From NCBI GenBank assembly GCA_963713825.1, contig CAVQNG010000003.1, positions 1,216,001-1,280,000 on the forward strand: DNA of 64,000 nt. The letters run 5' to 3'. Every line of letters starts with the position of its first letter. The first letter of the stretch is position 1. The position numbers and the translations under genes are program-made. Below, piece by piece: positions 46,374-55,440 of the stretch. This DNA comes from an uncultured Acidobacteriota bacterium. Its GTDB lineage: Bacteria; Acidobacteriota; Thermoanaerobaculia; Multivoradales; JAHEKO01. Under the pieces are notes generated by a model. It saw nothing but the letters and a program-made list of their open reading frames with translations, had not been told where the DNA came from and did not search any database.

Positions 46374-48707
46374 GTGACACCGCAGATTGCATTCCTTTTC
46401 GCCGTGCTGGCGGTGATGGTGTATCTGTTTCTCACCGAGAAGCTGCCGGTAGATCTGACGGCGTTTCTGGGCCTGACCGTCCTGATCTTCACAGGCTATC
46501 TGACCCCAGCCGAGGCCTTTACAGGCTTCTCGTCGCCGGCGGTGATCACCATGTTGTCGGTCTTCATCGTCGGTGCCGCCTTGCTCGAGACCGGCGTGGC
46601 GGATGTCATCGGTGGCCGGATCTACAAGATCGTCGGCAATAGCGAGACCCGTCTCATCATCGTGTTGATGTTGACCTGCGGGATCCTCTCGGCCTTCATG
46701 AACAACATCGCCGCCACGGCTGTGCTGATGCCGGCGGTGGCGACCATTGCCCACCGCGCCGGGTTGTCACCATCTCGGCTGTTCATGCCGCTGGCCTTCG
46801 GCGCCATCCTCGGCGGCACCACGACTCTGGTTGGGACACCGCCCAATATCCTCGCTGCGCAGATGCTCGAAGAGCGTGGCCTCGAGCCGTTCTCACTTTT
46901 CGATTTCACCCCGATGGGCCTGGCCCTTCTCGGCCTGGGGGTCATCTACATGCTGACTCTTGGCCGCAAGCTGCTGCCCGCAGGGGAGCAACACGGCCCA
47001 GCACAGTCCGAATCGCGCGATCTGACCCAGGTCTACCAGCTCAAAGAGCACCTGTTCTCGATTCGGCTGCCGGAGGACACGCCACTCGATGGGATGACTT
47101 TGGCCGAAACGCGCCTCGGCAACACATTGGGCGTCAAGGTGCTGTCCATTCAAAGAGGGGACAAGCGTCGCTCCATGCCGCGAGGTGATTCGGTACTGCG
47201 CGCTGGAGACGTATTGATGGTGGATGGTCTGGCCGCCGATCTCGGTGAGCTGCTGCGGATGCAGAACCTGGAGATCGAGCAGATCAGGGTTGCAGAGCTG
47301 CCGAGTCCGGTGCGTGGAGTGGGAGGGGTGAGAGCGCGCGTTCTGGCCGGATCTCCCCTGATCGGTTTCAACCTCAAAGAGCTGAGCTTTCGAGACCGTT
47401 TCGGTTTGGTGGTCGTCGGTGTGCGTCGCGGCGAGCACCTGCAGGGTATCGAGTTGGCTGAGTGGGTGTTGCAGGCGAATGACGAAATCTTCGCGCTCGG
47501 TGCCAAGGATCGTCTGGAGAGCCTGTCGCGTCATCCGGACTTCGAGGTTCTTCAGACGGGCCTGACTGCGATTCGAGATCTGGTCAGCCAGCTGCATCTG
47601 GTACGGATTCCAGAGGGTTCTCCGTTGGTGGATACGTCCATCGAGGAAAGCCGCCTGGGTGAGCTGGTGGGTCTTACAGTTGCCGGACTGATTCGGGACG
47701 ACGAGACCCACCTGGCCGTCTCGCCCAAAGAGATCCTCCGTGTCGACGATCGACTGTTGATTGGCGGTGGTCCCGAGCGACTGGTAACGCTTGTCGACCT
47801 CGGGGAGGTGCAGTTCGAAGAGGCGCTCAAAGAGGCGCCTCTCGAGTCCGAGAAGATCGGCATGGTCGAGGCGGCCCTGGCCCCTCGCTCGGCGGCCATC
47901 GGCCGCACGCTGGCCGATCTGCGCTTCCAAAGTCGATATGGACTTCTGGCGCTGGCCCTATGGCGCGAGGGCCAGCCGCATCACGTCGATTTCTCCCACG
48001 TTCCTCTTCGCCTCGGGGACGCGCTACTGCTGCATGGGCCAAGACAGAAGATCCGGGAGTTGGCGGCCGAACCCGACTTCGTGGTGCTGTCACAGGCCGA
48101 TCAGGCACCGCGGCGCCTGAGCAAGGCGCCCTGGGCTTTTGGCGCGTTGCTCTTGATGATCGGCCTCGTGGCCACTGGAGCACAACCGATTCACGTCGCC
48201 GCCTTCGCGGCCGCATCGCTGGCCATTCTCTTCGGCGCGCTGACCATGGAGGACGCGTATCGCGCCATCGAATGGAAGGCCATCTTTCTGGTGGCTGCGG
48301 TGCTACCAGTGGGCCTGGCGATGGAGAGAACAGGAGCGGCCATGTTTCTGGCCGACGGGGTGACCAATCTCGCCGGGCCTCTCGGCAACCACATGACGCT
48401 GGCGGCTCTCATTGTCCTGGCCAGCATGCTCTCACAGGGGCTCGACGGTGCGCCCGCCGTGGTCCTTCTGGCGCCGGTCGTCATCGATACTGCCAAGAAC
48501 CTCGGCATCAGTCCCTATCCCCTGATGATGGGTGTGAGCCTGGCTGCTTCGGCCGCCTTCATGACGCCCTTCTCTCACAAAGCCAACCTGCTGGTCATGG
48601 GCGCTGGCGGCTACAGGTCGCGCGACTATCTGCGGGTCGGCACACCGCTCACACTGGTCATCTTCGTCGTGCTGACGCTTCTCGTGCCCGTGTTCTTCCC
48701 GTTCTGA
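46374..48707 (+). CDS. SLC13 family permease with TrkA-C (RCK_C) domains
   Basis: SAFMNN, TLVGTPPN, repeated GSPL/L.E..L RCK_C units, FMTP, GGY...DYLRVG. Confidence 0.92.
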   Translation: MTPQIAFLFAVLAVMVYLFLTEKLPVDLTAFLGLTVLIFTGYLTPAEAFTGFSSPAVITMLSVFIVGAALLETGVADVIGGRIYKIVGNSETRLIIVLMLTCGILSAFMNNIAATAVLMPAVATIAHRAGLSPSRLFMPLAFGAILGGTTTLVGTPPNILAAQMLEERGLEPFSLFDFTPMGLALLGLGVIYMLTLGRKLLPAGEQHGPAQSESRDLTQVYQLKEHLFSIRLPEDTPLDGMTLAETRLGNTLGVKVLSIQRGDKRRSMPRGDSVLRAGDVLMVDGLAADLGELLRMQNLEIEQIRVAELPSPVRGVGGVRARVLAGSPLIGFNLKELSFRDRFGLVVVGVRRGEHLQGIELAEWVLQANDEIFALGAKDRLESLSRHPDFEVLQTGLTAIRDLVSQLHLVRIPEGSPLVDTSIEESRLGELVGLTVAGLIRDDETHLAVSPKEILRVDDRLLIGGGPERLVTLVDLGEVQFEEALKEAPLESEKIGMVEAALAPRSAAIGRTLADLRFQSRYGLLALALWREGQPHHVDFSHVPLRLGDALLLHGPRQKIRELAAEPDFVVLSQADQAPRRLSKAPWAFGALLLMIGLVATGAQPIHVAAFAAASLAILFGALTMEDAYRAIEWKAIFLVAAVLPVGLAMERTGAAMFLADGVTNLAGPLGNHMTLAALIVLASMLSQGLDGAPAVVLLAPVVIDTAKNLGISPYPLMMGVSLAASAAFMTPFSHKANLLVMGAGGYRSRDYLRVGTPLTLVIFVVLTLLVPVFFPF

Positions 48708-48710
48708 GCC

Positions 48711-49853
48711 GTGTCCCTTCGACTCGTTGCCACCTGTGCGCTCGGCCTGGAGGAGTTCCTCGAGGCGGAGCTGAAGAAGCTCGGTGCCTCGAGTTGTGGC
48801 CGGGAGCGCGGCGCGGTTACCTTTTCAGGCACCTGGGAGGATGTGCTGCGGGCAAACTGGTTCTTGCGTACGGCCAACCGGATCCTCGTCGAGTTGGCTT
48901 CGTGGGAGGGGTCGACTGCCGAAGCCCTGGAAGCCGGCGCGGGCCGGCTGGTCGAGGGCACCAGGAGCTGGGATGGCCTGAGAGCGGAAGAGATTTTCGA
49001 TCCGAGTCACAGCTTCGCAATCCGTGCCACCACAGCCCGGTCGGCCCTCCGCGACACACGCTGGGTGGGTCTGAAGGTCAAGGATGGCATCGTCGATGCC
49101 CAGCGGCGACGATTCGGTCGCCGTGCCTCCATCGATCGCAAGAACCCCGACATCCATCTCAGGGTCTGGTTGTCTCGCGATCGGGCCACGCTGCTGCTGG
49201 ATACGTCGGGCGAGCCGTTGGACCGGCGTGGCTATCGGGTGGCGACGAGCGAGGCGCCGGTGCGCGAGAACCTGGCGGCAGCCTGCATTCTCGCCTCGGG
49301 ATGGGATGGCCAGGGGCCGGTGGTGGACCCGATGTGTGGCTCCGGGACTTTGCTGGCCGAAGCCGCGGCGGTGGCGCTCGACCTGGCGCCGGGTCGGCTG
49401 CGGACGACATGGGCCTTCGAGCGACTGCCGGGCATCGGCAGGGAAGCCTGGGATTCTCTTCAGCAGGAGGGGACTCGTTTGCCGGAGACGGGATTGAAGC
49501 TCTTCGGAGTGGACCAGTCTCCTGCCGCCGTCGAGGCAGCGAGCGCCAACCTCCGGAAAGCCGGCCTGGGTCGGCTGTCCTCTATCGAGGTCGGAGATGC
49601 CTATTCCTACGAGCCTCCGGCCGGTCCCGGCTTGCTCGTCGTCAATCCGGCCTACGGTGAGCGGCTCGAAGAGAACCGGAACCAGTGGCCACGTCTCGGT
49701 GACCTGATGAAGCAGCGCTATGCGGGCTGGAAAGCGGTGGTCCTGGCGGGAGGCGAGGGCCTGGGCAAGCACATCGGGCTGCGGCCGAGTCGACGCATCC
49801 CCGTCCGCAACGGCCCGCTGGATGCCCGCATTCTGTTGTTCGACCTGTACTGA
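48711..49853 (+). CDS. THUMP-domain class I SAM-dependent RNA methyltransferase (RlmL-like)
   Basis: GLE..L..EL, LDTSGEPLDRRGYR, APVRENLAAA, DPMCGSGT, NPAYGER. Confidence 0.9.
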   Translation: MSLRLVATCALGLEEFLEAELKKLGASSCGRERGAVTFSGTWEDVLRANWFLRTANRILVELASWEGSTAEALEAGAGRLVEGTRSWDGLRAEEIFDPSHSFAIRATTARSALRDTRWVGLKVKDGIVDAQRRRFGRRASIDRKNPDIHLRVWLSRDRATLLLDTSGEPLDRRGYRVATSEAPVRENLAAACILASGWDGQGPVVDPMCGSGTLLAEAAAVALDLAPGRLRTTWAFERLPGIGREAWDSLQQEGTRLPETGLKLFGVDQSPAAVEAASANLRKAGLGRLSSIEVGDAYSYEPPAGPGLLVVNPAYGERLEENRNQWPRLGDLMKQRYAGWKAVVLAGGEGLGKHIGLRPSRRIPVRNGPLDARILLFDLY

Positions 49854-49972
49854 TCCTGTTGCGGAGTTTGATGGATTCTGTCGCCTTCTTCTTCGAAGGC
49901 GGCTGCGCGCCGCCGACCCTGAGTCGAGGGCATGGAATCTGCAACCTGCAATCAACGAGGAGGGTCGAGCCC

Positions 49973-50809
49973 ATGAAGAAACTTCTCTGCTGTTGTCTCG
50001 CATTCCTACTGCCTGCCGTCGCAATGCCGGCGGAGACTGTCACGATTCCCTTTGGTACCACGGTCTTCTGTGAGCTGGATCAGCAGGTCACGACCCGACA
50101 GAAGGAGGCGTATGCCGTCCAGACGGGTGACATCGTCCAGGCCCACGTCTGGAAGGATGTGTGGGTCGATGGGCACCGGGTCATCACAGCGGGTACGCCC
50201 GTCTACGCCAAAGTCGAGAGGATGAAGAAGGCCCGAATGGCAGGTCAGAAGGGCTTTCTCGAGATCGAGGTGCTAAGCGCTGCGGCGGTCGATAGGACCG
50301 ATGTCGCCCTCGACGGCGGCTACGACCGGTCGGGCAGGGGAAGAATGGGGGTGACCATCGGTTTGGCGGTGGCCCTGGCCTGGCCGTTTGTCTTCATCAA
50401 GGGCAAGAACGTCTTCCTGGAGCCCGGGGCGATCTTCGACACCATGGTCCGTGCCTCGACCGAGGTGGAAGTTTCGGGCGCCGTGTCACCGCCCATCCAG
50501 GTCGGAGGCGAGACTGGGCTGGTGGTCACGATTCCCTACAACGAGATCGACCTGGAGAAGAAGATCCGCGAGCTGCCGCTGCTCTTGCACGTGCCGGAGG
50601 GGGCGCTCTCAAGAGCCAGCGTAGTCTCCGTCAACGGCAAAGAGATCCAGCCGATCCAGGTGAGAGTGCTGGGGGACGAAGGGGACGACAGCTACAGGGC
50701 GGTCGTCGATTTCAAGCTGCTCTCAAACCACTTCGGTCGCGGCATGAACCGTTTCGAGGTCGAGATGGGTGAGTATCGCGCCGAGATCTTGCTGGAGATC
50801 GAGTTCTAG
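49973..50809 (+). CDS. secreted hypothetical protein
   Basis: GAGGAGG RBS, MKKLL signal peptide, IPFGT...VITAGTPV beta-rich domain with an internal hydrophobic hairpin. Confidence 0.75.
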   Translation: MKKLLCCCLAFLLPAVAMPAETVTIPFGTTVFCELDQQVTTRQKEAYAVQTGDIVQAHVWKDVWVDGHRVITAGTPVYAKVERMKKARMAGQKGFLEIEVLSAAAVDRTDVALDGGYDRSGRGRMGVTIGLAVALAWPFVFIKGKNVFLEPGAIFDTMVRASTEVEVSGAVSPPIQVGGETGLVVTIPYNEIDLEKKIRELPLLLHVPEGALSRASVVSVNGKEIQPIQVRVLGDEGDDSYRAVVDFKLLSNHFGRGMNRFEVEMGEYRAEILLEIEF

Positions 50810-50833
50810 GCCCACAGATCTCCGGCGAGCCGA

Positions 50834-52231
50834 ATGCCGATATCCTTGTTCTTTCACAAGCCCGATTTGGGAGAACAGGGGTTGGCTGCGATAAGAACCG
50901 ATTTGCCATCCAGTGGGCGTGAAGCCCTGGCGATGCTCCGATCACCGGTGGGCAGGCTGCAGCTGCAAACGCGTCTCTTTCGACGTGCCAAGCCGATACT
51001 CTTCCGACTCGCCACACTCTATCGGCGCACCTTCGTGCGGCGAACTCGGATCGCAACTATTGTCGGCTCCTTCGGAAAATCGACCGCCGCGCGGACCACG
51101 ATGGCGGCTCTTGGTGGAGATATCAGCCGACTCTCGGAGCGCAATGCCGGCAGCTTTCTGGCCAGAGCGATCTTCCGCGTCCGACCCTGGCACCGCTTTT
51201 CAGCGATCGAAGTCGGTGTCAATGGACCGGGCACGATGCAGCCTAATGGCGCCATGATTCGACCGGACATCGTCGTCGTGACGTCGATTGGAAGTGAGCA
51301 CAACCGATCTTTCAAGACGCTAGAGGCCACCCGGCACGAGAAGGCCGAGATGGTACGCGCTCTTTCTGACACCGGTCTGGCGGTGCTCAATGGAGACGAC
51401 CCGAACGTCCTCTGGATGAAGAGCCAGACCAGCGGCAGGGTGATCACCTTCGGTTTCGAGCCGTCGAATGCCGTGCGAGCGGAGGACTTGGCTTTCGACT
51501 GGCCTCGAGGAATGCGATTCAACCTGCTCAGCGACGGCGAGACTCACGAGGTCAACACCTGTCTGGTGGGGAGGCACATGGTCTACAGCATTCTGGCAGC
51601 CGCAGCGACCTGTGTGGGCGAAGGGGTCGATCTCGACGAGGCCCTGCCTCGCGTCGAGACGGTGGGGCCGACCCCGGGCAGGATGCAGATCGTGCCGCTC
51701 GAGGGCGGCGCCTTTCTTCTCCGCGATGACTACAAGTCCTCGATGGAGACGATTGAAACGGCTCTCGAGACCCTCGCCGAGATCCCGGCGAAGAATCGGA
51801 TCGCGGTCCTAGGGGAAGTCTCGGAGCCACCGGGAAGCCAGGGACCGGTTTACAAGAGCCTTGGTGAGCTCGCTGCCAGGGCAGCCACGAAGGTGATTGT
51901 GGTCGGCGAGAAGAGAGCTTTTGAGCGGTACAGAGCGGGTTTGTACGCCGGAGGCATGCCGCGCGAGTCGATCGTTCATGCCGGGCGAAGCGCGATTGGA
52001 GCTGCCGCGCTTCTTCGAGAGAGCCTCGAGCCCGAGGATGTCGTTCTGGTCAAGGGTAAGGACGTGCAGCGTCTCGAGCGCGTCTCGTTTGCCCTGATGG
52101 GCCAGAAGGTGCGCTGTGATCTCACGCGCTGCTACATGAAGGCCACCCGCTGCGGCACTTGTTCCCTCCTCGGACAGGGCCCTCTGGTCCAGAGCGGTTT
52201 CACCAGGCTCCCAGATCCATCTCGAGGGTAG
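50834..52231 (+). CDS. MurF-like Mur ligase family protein
   Basis: GSFGKST P-loop, EVG, IGSEH, EK, LNGDD, GRM, DDYKSS, VLGEVSE, VLVKG; lacks the usual N-terminal domain. Confidence 0.85.
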   Translation: MPISLFFHKPDLGEQGLAAIRTDLPSSGREALAMLRSPVGRLQLQTRLFRRAKPILFRLATLYRRTFVRRTRIATIVGSFGKSTAARTTMAALGGDISRLSERNAGSFLARAIFRVRPWHRFSAIEVGVNGPGTMQPNGAMIRPDIVVVTSIGSEHNRSFKTLEATRHEKAEMVRALSDTGLAVLNGDDPNVLWMKSQTSGRVITFGFEPSNAVRAEDLAFDWPRGMRFNLLSDGETHEVNTCLVGRHMVYSILAAAATCVGEGVDLDEALPRVETVGPTPGRMQIVPLEGGAFLLRDDYKSSMETIETALETLAEIPAKNRIAVLGEVSEPPGSQGPVYKSLGELAARAATKVIVVGEKRAFERYRAGLYAGGMPRESIVHAGRSAIGAAALLRESLEPEDVVLVKGKDVQRLERVSFALMGQKVRCDLTRCYMKATRCGTCSLLGQGPLVQSGFTRLPDPSRG

Positions 52232-52370
52232 TCCAGGTGTCGATCTCGGGACTCATCACGGCGAAGCCACTGTCGAGGGCGCTGGGGGAAGTTCCTTCAG
52301 AGGCCGAGGCCTGTACGGATCTCGGTCACGCGGGCGATTGTAGCTGTGGCACTCGGATCTTCAAGGCAGA

Positions 52371-53054
52371 TCAGAGGGTCACTGCGCCGGTGACGACTGT
52401 GGCTGTCATGATCGCGGCCATGGCGGCCTGAGTGGCTTCGATCGCGGCGCGGGCAGCCTCAGCGGAGGGTCGCTCCTCGGTGATCCTGTCGAGCCGCTCT
52501 TTGCGCTCGGCAACGCGCTTCTTGCCGAAGACAGGGACCAGGATGCCGCTGACGTGGGCTAGTGAGACGAGGATCGCTGTCCGTGGATCCAGGTCAGAGT
52601 CGTCTGAGAACACCGCGTGCTCGACTCGATGCATGATCTCGAGCTCGGCTCTTGGGTCGAGCTCCGGGTAGACACGTTGCGAGAAGATCAGCATGACCTT
52701 GTGGGTCTCGATCTGCAGCACCCCACGCAGAGCCAATTGCTCTGCGATTTGGTGTTTCAGGTCCTTCATCCCCGCGACTCGACCCATCCAGGTGGTCATA
52801 TCCGCACTCTTCTTGGCGGTGGCCATCTTCTCCAGGACCTGATCGAAAACCGGCTCGCCGAAAGGGGTGCCATTGACGACGGTGACGTACTTCTTGCGGT
52901 CGCGCTCGTCCAGGCGTAACCGGCCTTCGAGGAGCAGCTCAGCGAGCACGGCCCCGCCCACGGCGTAGGGCCAACTCGTGCCGGAATAGGTTCTTCCCTC
53001 CTGGTCCTTGAGTGCCAGTAGCAGGATCTCTTCGTGCAGTCGAAGCTTCTTCAT
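52371..53054 (-). CDS. GOLPH3/VPS74 (GPP34) family protein
   Basis: LHEEILLLAL, GAVLAELLLEGR, L..RGVL, YP, DPRTAIL. Confidence 0.88.
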   Translation of the reverse strand: MKKLRLHEEILLLALKDQEGRTYSGTSWPYAVGGAVLAELLLEGRLRLDERDRKKYVTVVNGTPFGEPVFDQVLEKMATAKKSADMTTWMGRVAGMKDLKHQIAEQLALRGVLQIETHKVMLIFSQRVYPELDPRAELEIMHRVEHAVFSDDSDLDPRTAILVSLAHVSGILVPVFGKKRVAERKERLDRITEERPSAEAARAAIEATQAAMAAIMTATVVTGAVTL

Positions 53055-53492
53055 GACAGGTCTTCTTTCTGGGGTTTCTGGACGGACGGCTCGAATCCAT
53101 CCCCGCATTGTCTGTTGTCGGACGTCTGGGGAAAGTCTAACTGAAGTCGAGTTTCGATGGGCTCACTGTCCGATTCGTGCCATGCTGCCGGAGGTCTCTG
53201 AACCCTATATTCTGCTCGTTTACGCTCGCAATTGGCCCTGGTACTCTGAAGCCTCGAATCTCTGCCTAGAGGTTCCTATGACTCAGTTTCTGAGCACCTT
53301 CGCCATCGGAATCGCTCTTCTCACCGGGAGTCCGTTTTCTGGAGGCGAGACGCCCAGGATGGGGCCATTCCCCCTTGGCATCCCAAGATCGTCGGCGAGT
53401 CCATGCCGGCTTGGACGCGGTGCCCTGAGAATAGGCAGTGACAAGAAGGGATAACCCAGCACGCTCGAGCTGCAGAATGGAGACCGGATATC

Positions 53493-54530
53493 GTGAAGAT
53501 CACGGAGTTCATCGACCGACACTACCGTCACTTCAACTCGGCCACTCTGGCGGAGGCGGCACGGGCCTATGGTTATCACCTGGATCAGGGTGGCGCTATG
53601 TTGGTGACCCTGGCCGGAGCCATGAGTACAGCCGAGTTGGGCAAGTCCTTGGCCGAGATGATTCGCCAGGGCAAGATCGACGCCATCTGCTGTACAGGTG
53701 CCAATCTCGAAGAGGATGTCTTCAATCTGGTCGCTCACGACTTCTATCGAAGGATTCCGGAATGGAGGCACTTGAATCCACAACAGGAGGAGGAACTCGC
53801 CGCCAAAGGCCTGAATCGGGTGACCGACACCTGCATTCCCGAGGAGGAGGCGATGCGGGTGATCGAAGCCAAGATGGTGGCCTTGTGGGAGCGGGCCGAA
53901 ACCAATGGCGAGCGGTTCTTCCCACACCAATTCTTCTACCAGTTGCTACGAGAGCAGCTCGAGAATTCCGACTTCCAGATCGACCCCAGAGACTCGTGGC
54001 TTTTCGCTGCTGCGGAGGCCGGCTTGCCCATCTTCGTTCCGGGTTGGGAGGATTCGACGCTGGGCAATATGTTCGTGGCTAGGCTCCTGGCTGGCACCCT
54101 GTCAGACTTTGGGATCGTTCGCTCAGGGCCCGAATATATGGGCGCGCTGGCCGAGTGGTACCTGAAGACGACGATGGGTTCTGCCGAGCCACACCCTTCG
54201 ACAAGCTCGGAGGCGCGAGAGTCTCTCGTGGTGCCATCGGACGAGGCCGAACGGACCGTTGGCTTCTTTCAGATTGGAGGCGGCATCGCCGGCGACTTTC
54301 CGATCTGTGTGGTCCCGATGATCCACCAGGATCTGGAGCGCGCTTGTCCCTTTTGGGGCTACTTCTGTCAGATCAGCGATTCGACCACCAGTTACGGTTC
54401 CTATTCGGGGGCTGTTCCCGCAGAGAAGATCACCTGGGGCAAGCTCGACGTCGATACGCCGATGTTCGTGATCGAATCGGATGCCACGATCGTGGCTCCC
54501 TTGCTGTTCGGCTACGTTCTCGGTTGGTAG
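53493..54530 (+). CDS. deoxyhypusine synthase-like protein (probable homospermidine pathway)
   Basis: HFNS, AGAMSTAELG, CTGANLEED, PGWEDS, IGGGIAGDF, SYGSYSGA..AEKITWGK, SDATIVAPL. Confidence 0.92.
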   Translation: MKITEFIDRHYRHFNSATLAEAARAYGYHLDQGGAMLVTLAGAMSTAELGKSLAEMIRQGKIDAICCTGANLEEDVFNLVAHDFYRRIPEWRHLNPQQEEELAAKGLNRVTDTCIPEEEAMRVIEAKMVALWERAETNGERFFPHQFFYQLLREQLENSDFQIDPRDSWLFAAAEAGLPIFVPGWEDSTLGNMFVARLLAGTLSDFGIVRSGPEYMGALAEWYLKTTMGSAEPHPSTSSEARESLVVPSDEAERTVGFFQIGGGIAGDFPICVVPMIHQDLERACPFWGYFCQISDSTTSYGSYSGAVPAEKITWGKLDVDTPMFVIESDATIVAPLLFGYVLGW

Positions 54531-54539
54531 CTGGGAGCC

Positions 54540-55415
54540 TCACGGCTGCCGCTGGCTCAGCACCATACTCAAGACCCGGTAGACAAGCTTGGCGGCGAGA
54601 AATTCGCTGGCGTGTTGGCCTGCTGCGGGCAGGAGCTCGACGACGTCAAAGCCGACGACTTGGCGCTTGCAAGCGACCCGGCGGACGAGCTCATTCACCA
54701 TGCTCCAGCTCAACCCGCCAGGCTCTGGCGTCCCTGTTGCCGGCAGCAGGCTCGGGTCGAAGGCATCGAGATCGATGGTCAGGTAGACACGCTCGGTGAG
54801 TTGCTCGACAACCTCGTCCATCCACTCTCGGTTCTCCTCAGAGAGTGTGTGGGCGAAGAAGACCCGATCGGGATTGAGGGCGGCGAGCTCGGTTGCATCG
54901 AGGGAGCGAATACCGACCTGCAAGATTGAGCTGCGCTCACGGGCTCGCGCCATGACGCAGGCATGGTTGAACGCGGAGCCCTCGTAGCTTTCACGAGTGT
55001 CGGCGTGGGCGTCGAGTTGGAGGACCGTCAGGTCGTCGAAGCGATCGGCCGCCGCTTGTACGGCCCCGATGGTTACCGAATGCTCCCCGCCGAGCACGAC
55101 AGGGAGCTGGCTCCTGTCGAGGATTCCGCCGACGCGCTTATCGACTAGCTCGACCAACTCCTCGGGCGGCCCGGCGCAGACGACCGGGTCCAGGGTTGCG
55201 ATTCCACGCCGCCACACCTCGCTGCGGGTTTCGATGTCGTAGAGCTCGACCTGCTGTGATGCTTCGAGCAGCGCCTCCGGACCTCGGTCCGCTCCCTTCT
55301 TCCAGGTGCTGGTGCCGTCGTAGGGAACCGGGAGTATGGCGACCTCGGCTCTTTCCGGGTTTGAATACTCGGGTGGAAGTCCCAGGAATCGGGCGAGCTT
55401 GGTTTCTGTACTCAC
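54540..55415 (-). CDS. speB: agmatinase
   Basis: GGEHS, DAHAD, GIRS, DLDAFDPS...TGTPEPGG, DVVEL; directly downstream of speA. Confidence 0.92.
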   Translation of the reverse strand: MSTETKLARFLGLPPEYSNPERAEVAILPVPYDGTSTWKKGADRGPEALLEASQQVELYDIETRSEVWRRGIATLDPVVCAGPPEELVELVDKRVGGILDRSQLPVVLGGEHSVTIGAVQAAADRFDDLTVLQLDAHADTRESYEGSAFNHACVMARARERSSILQVGIRSLDATELAALNPDRVFFAHTLSEENREWMDEVVEQLTERVYLTIDLDAFDPSLLPATGTPEPGGLSWSMVNELVRRVACKRQVVGFDVVELLPAAGQHASEFLAAKLVYRVLSMVLSQRQP

Positions 55416-55440
55416 GGGCCGGTCTCGGTCGTTGAAATGC

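Noticed and set aside
52297-52299. In-frame TGA as possible selenocysteine readthrough
   Set aside because: No redox motif, no evident SECIS hairpin, and the readthrough sequence is not protein-like.
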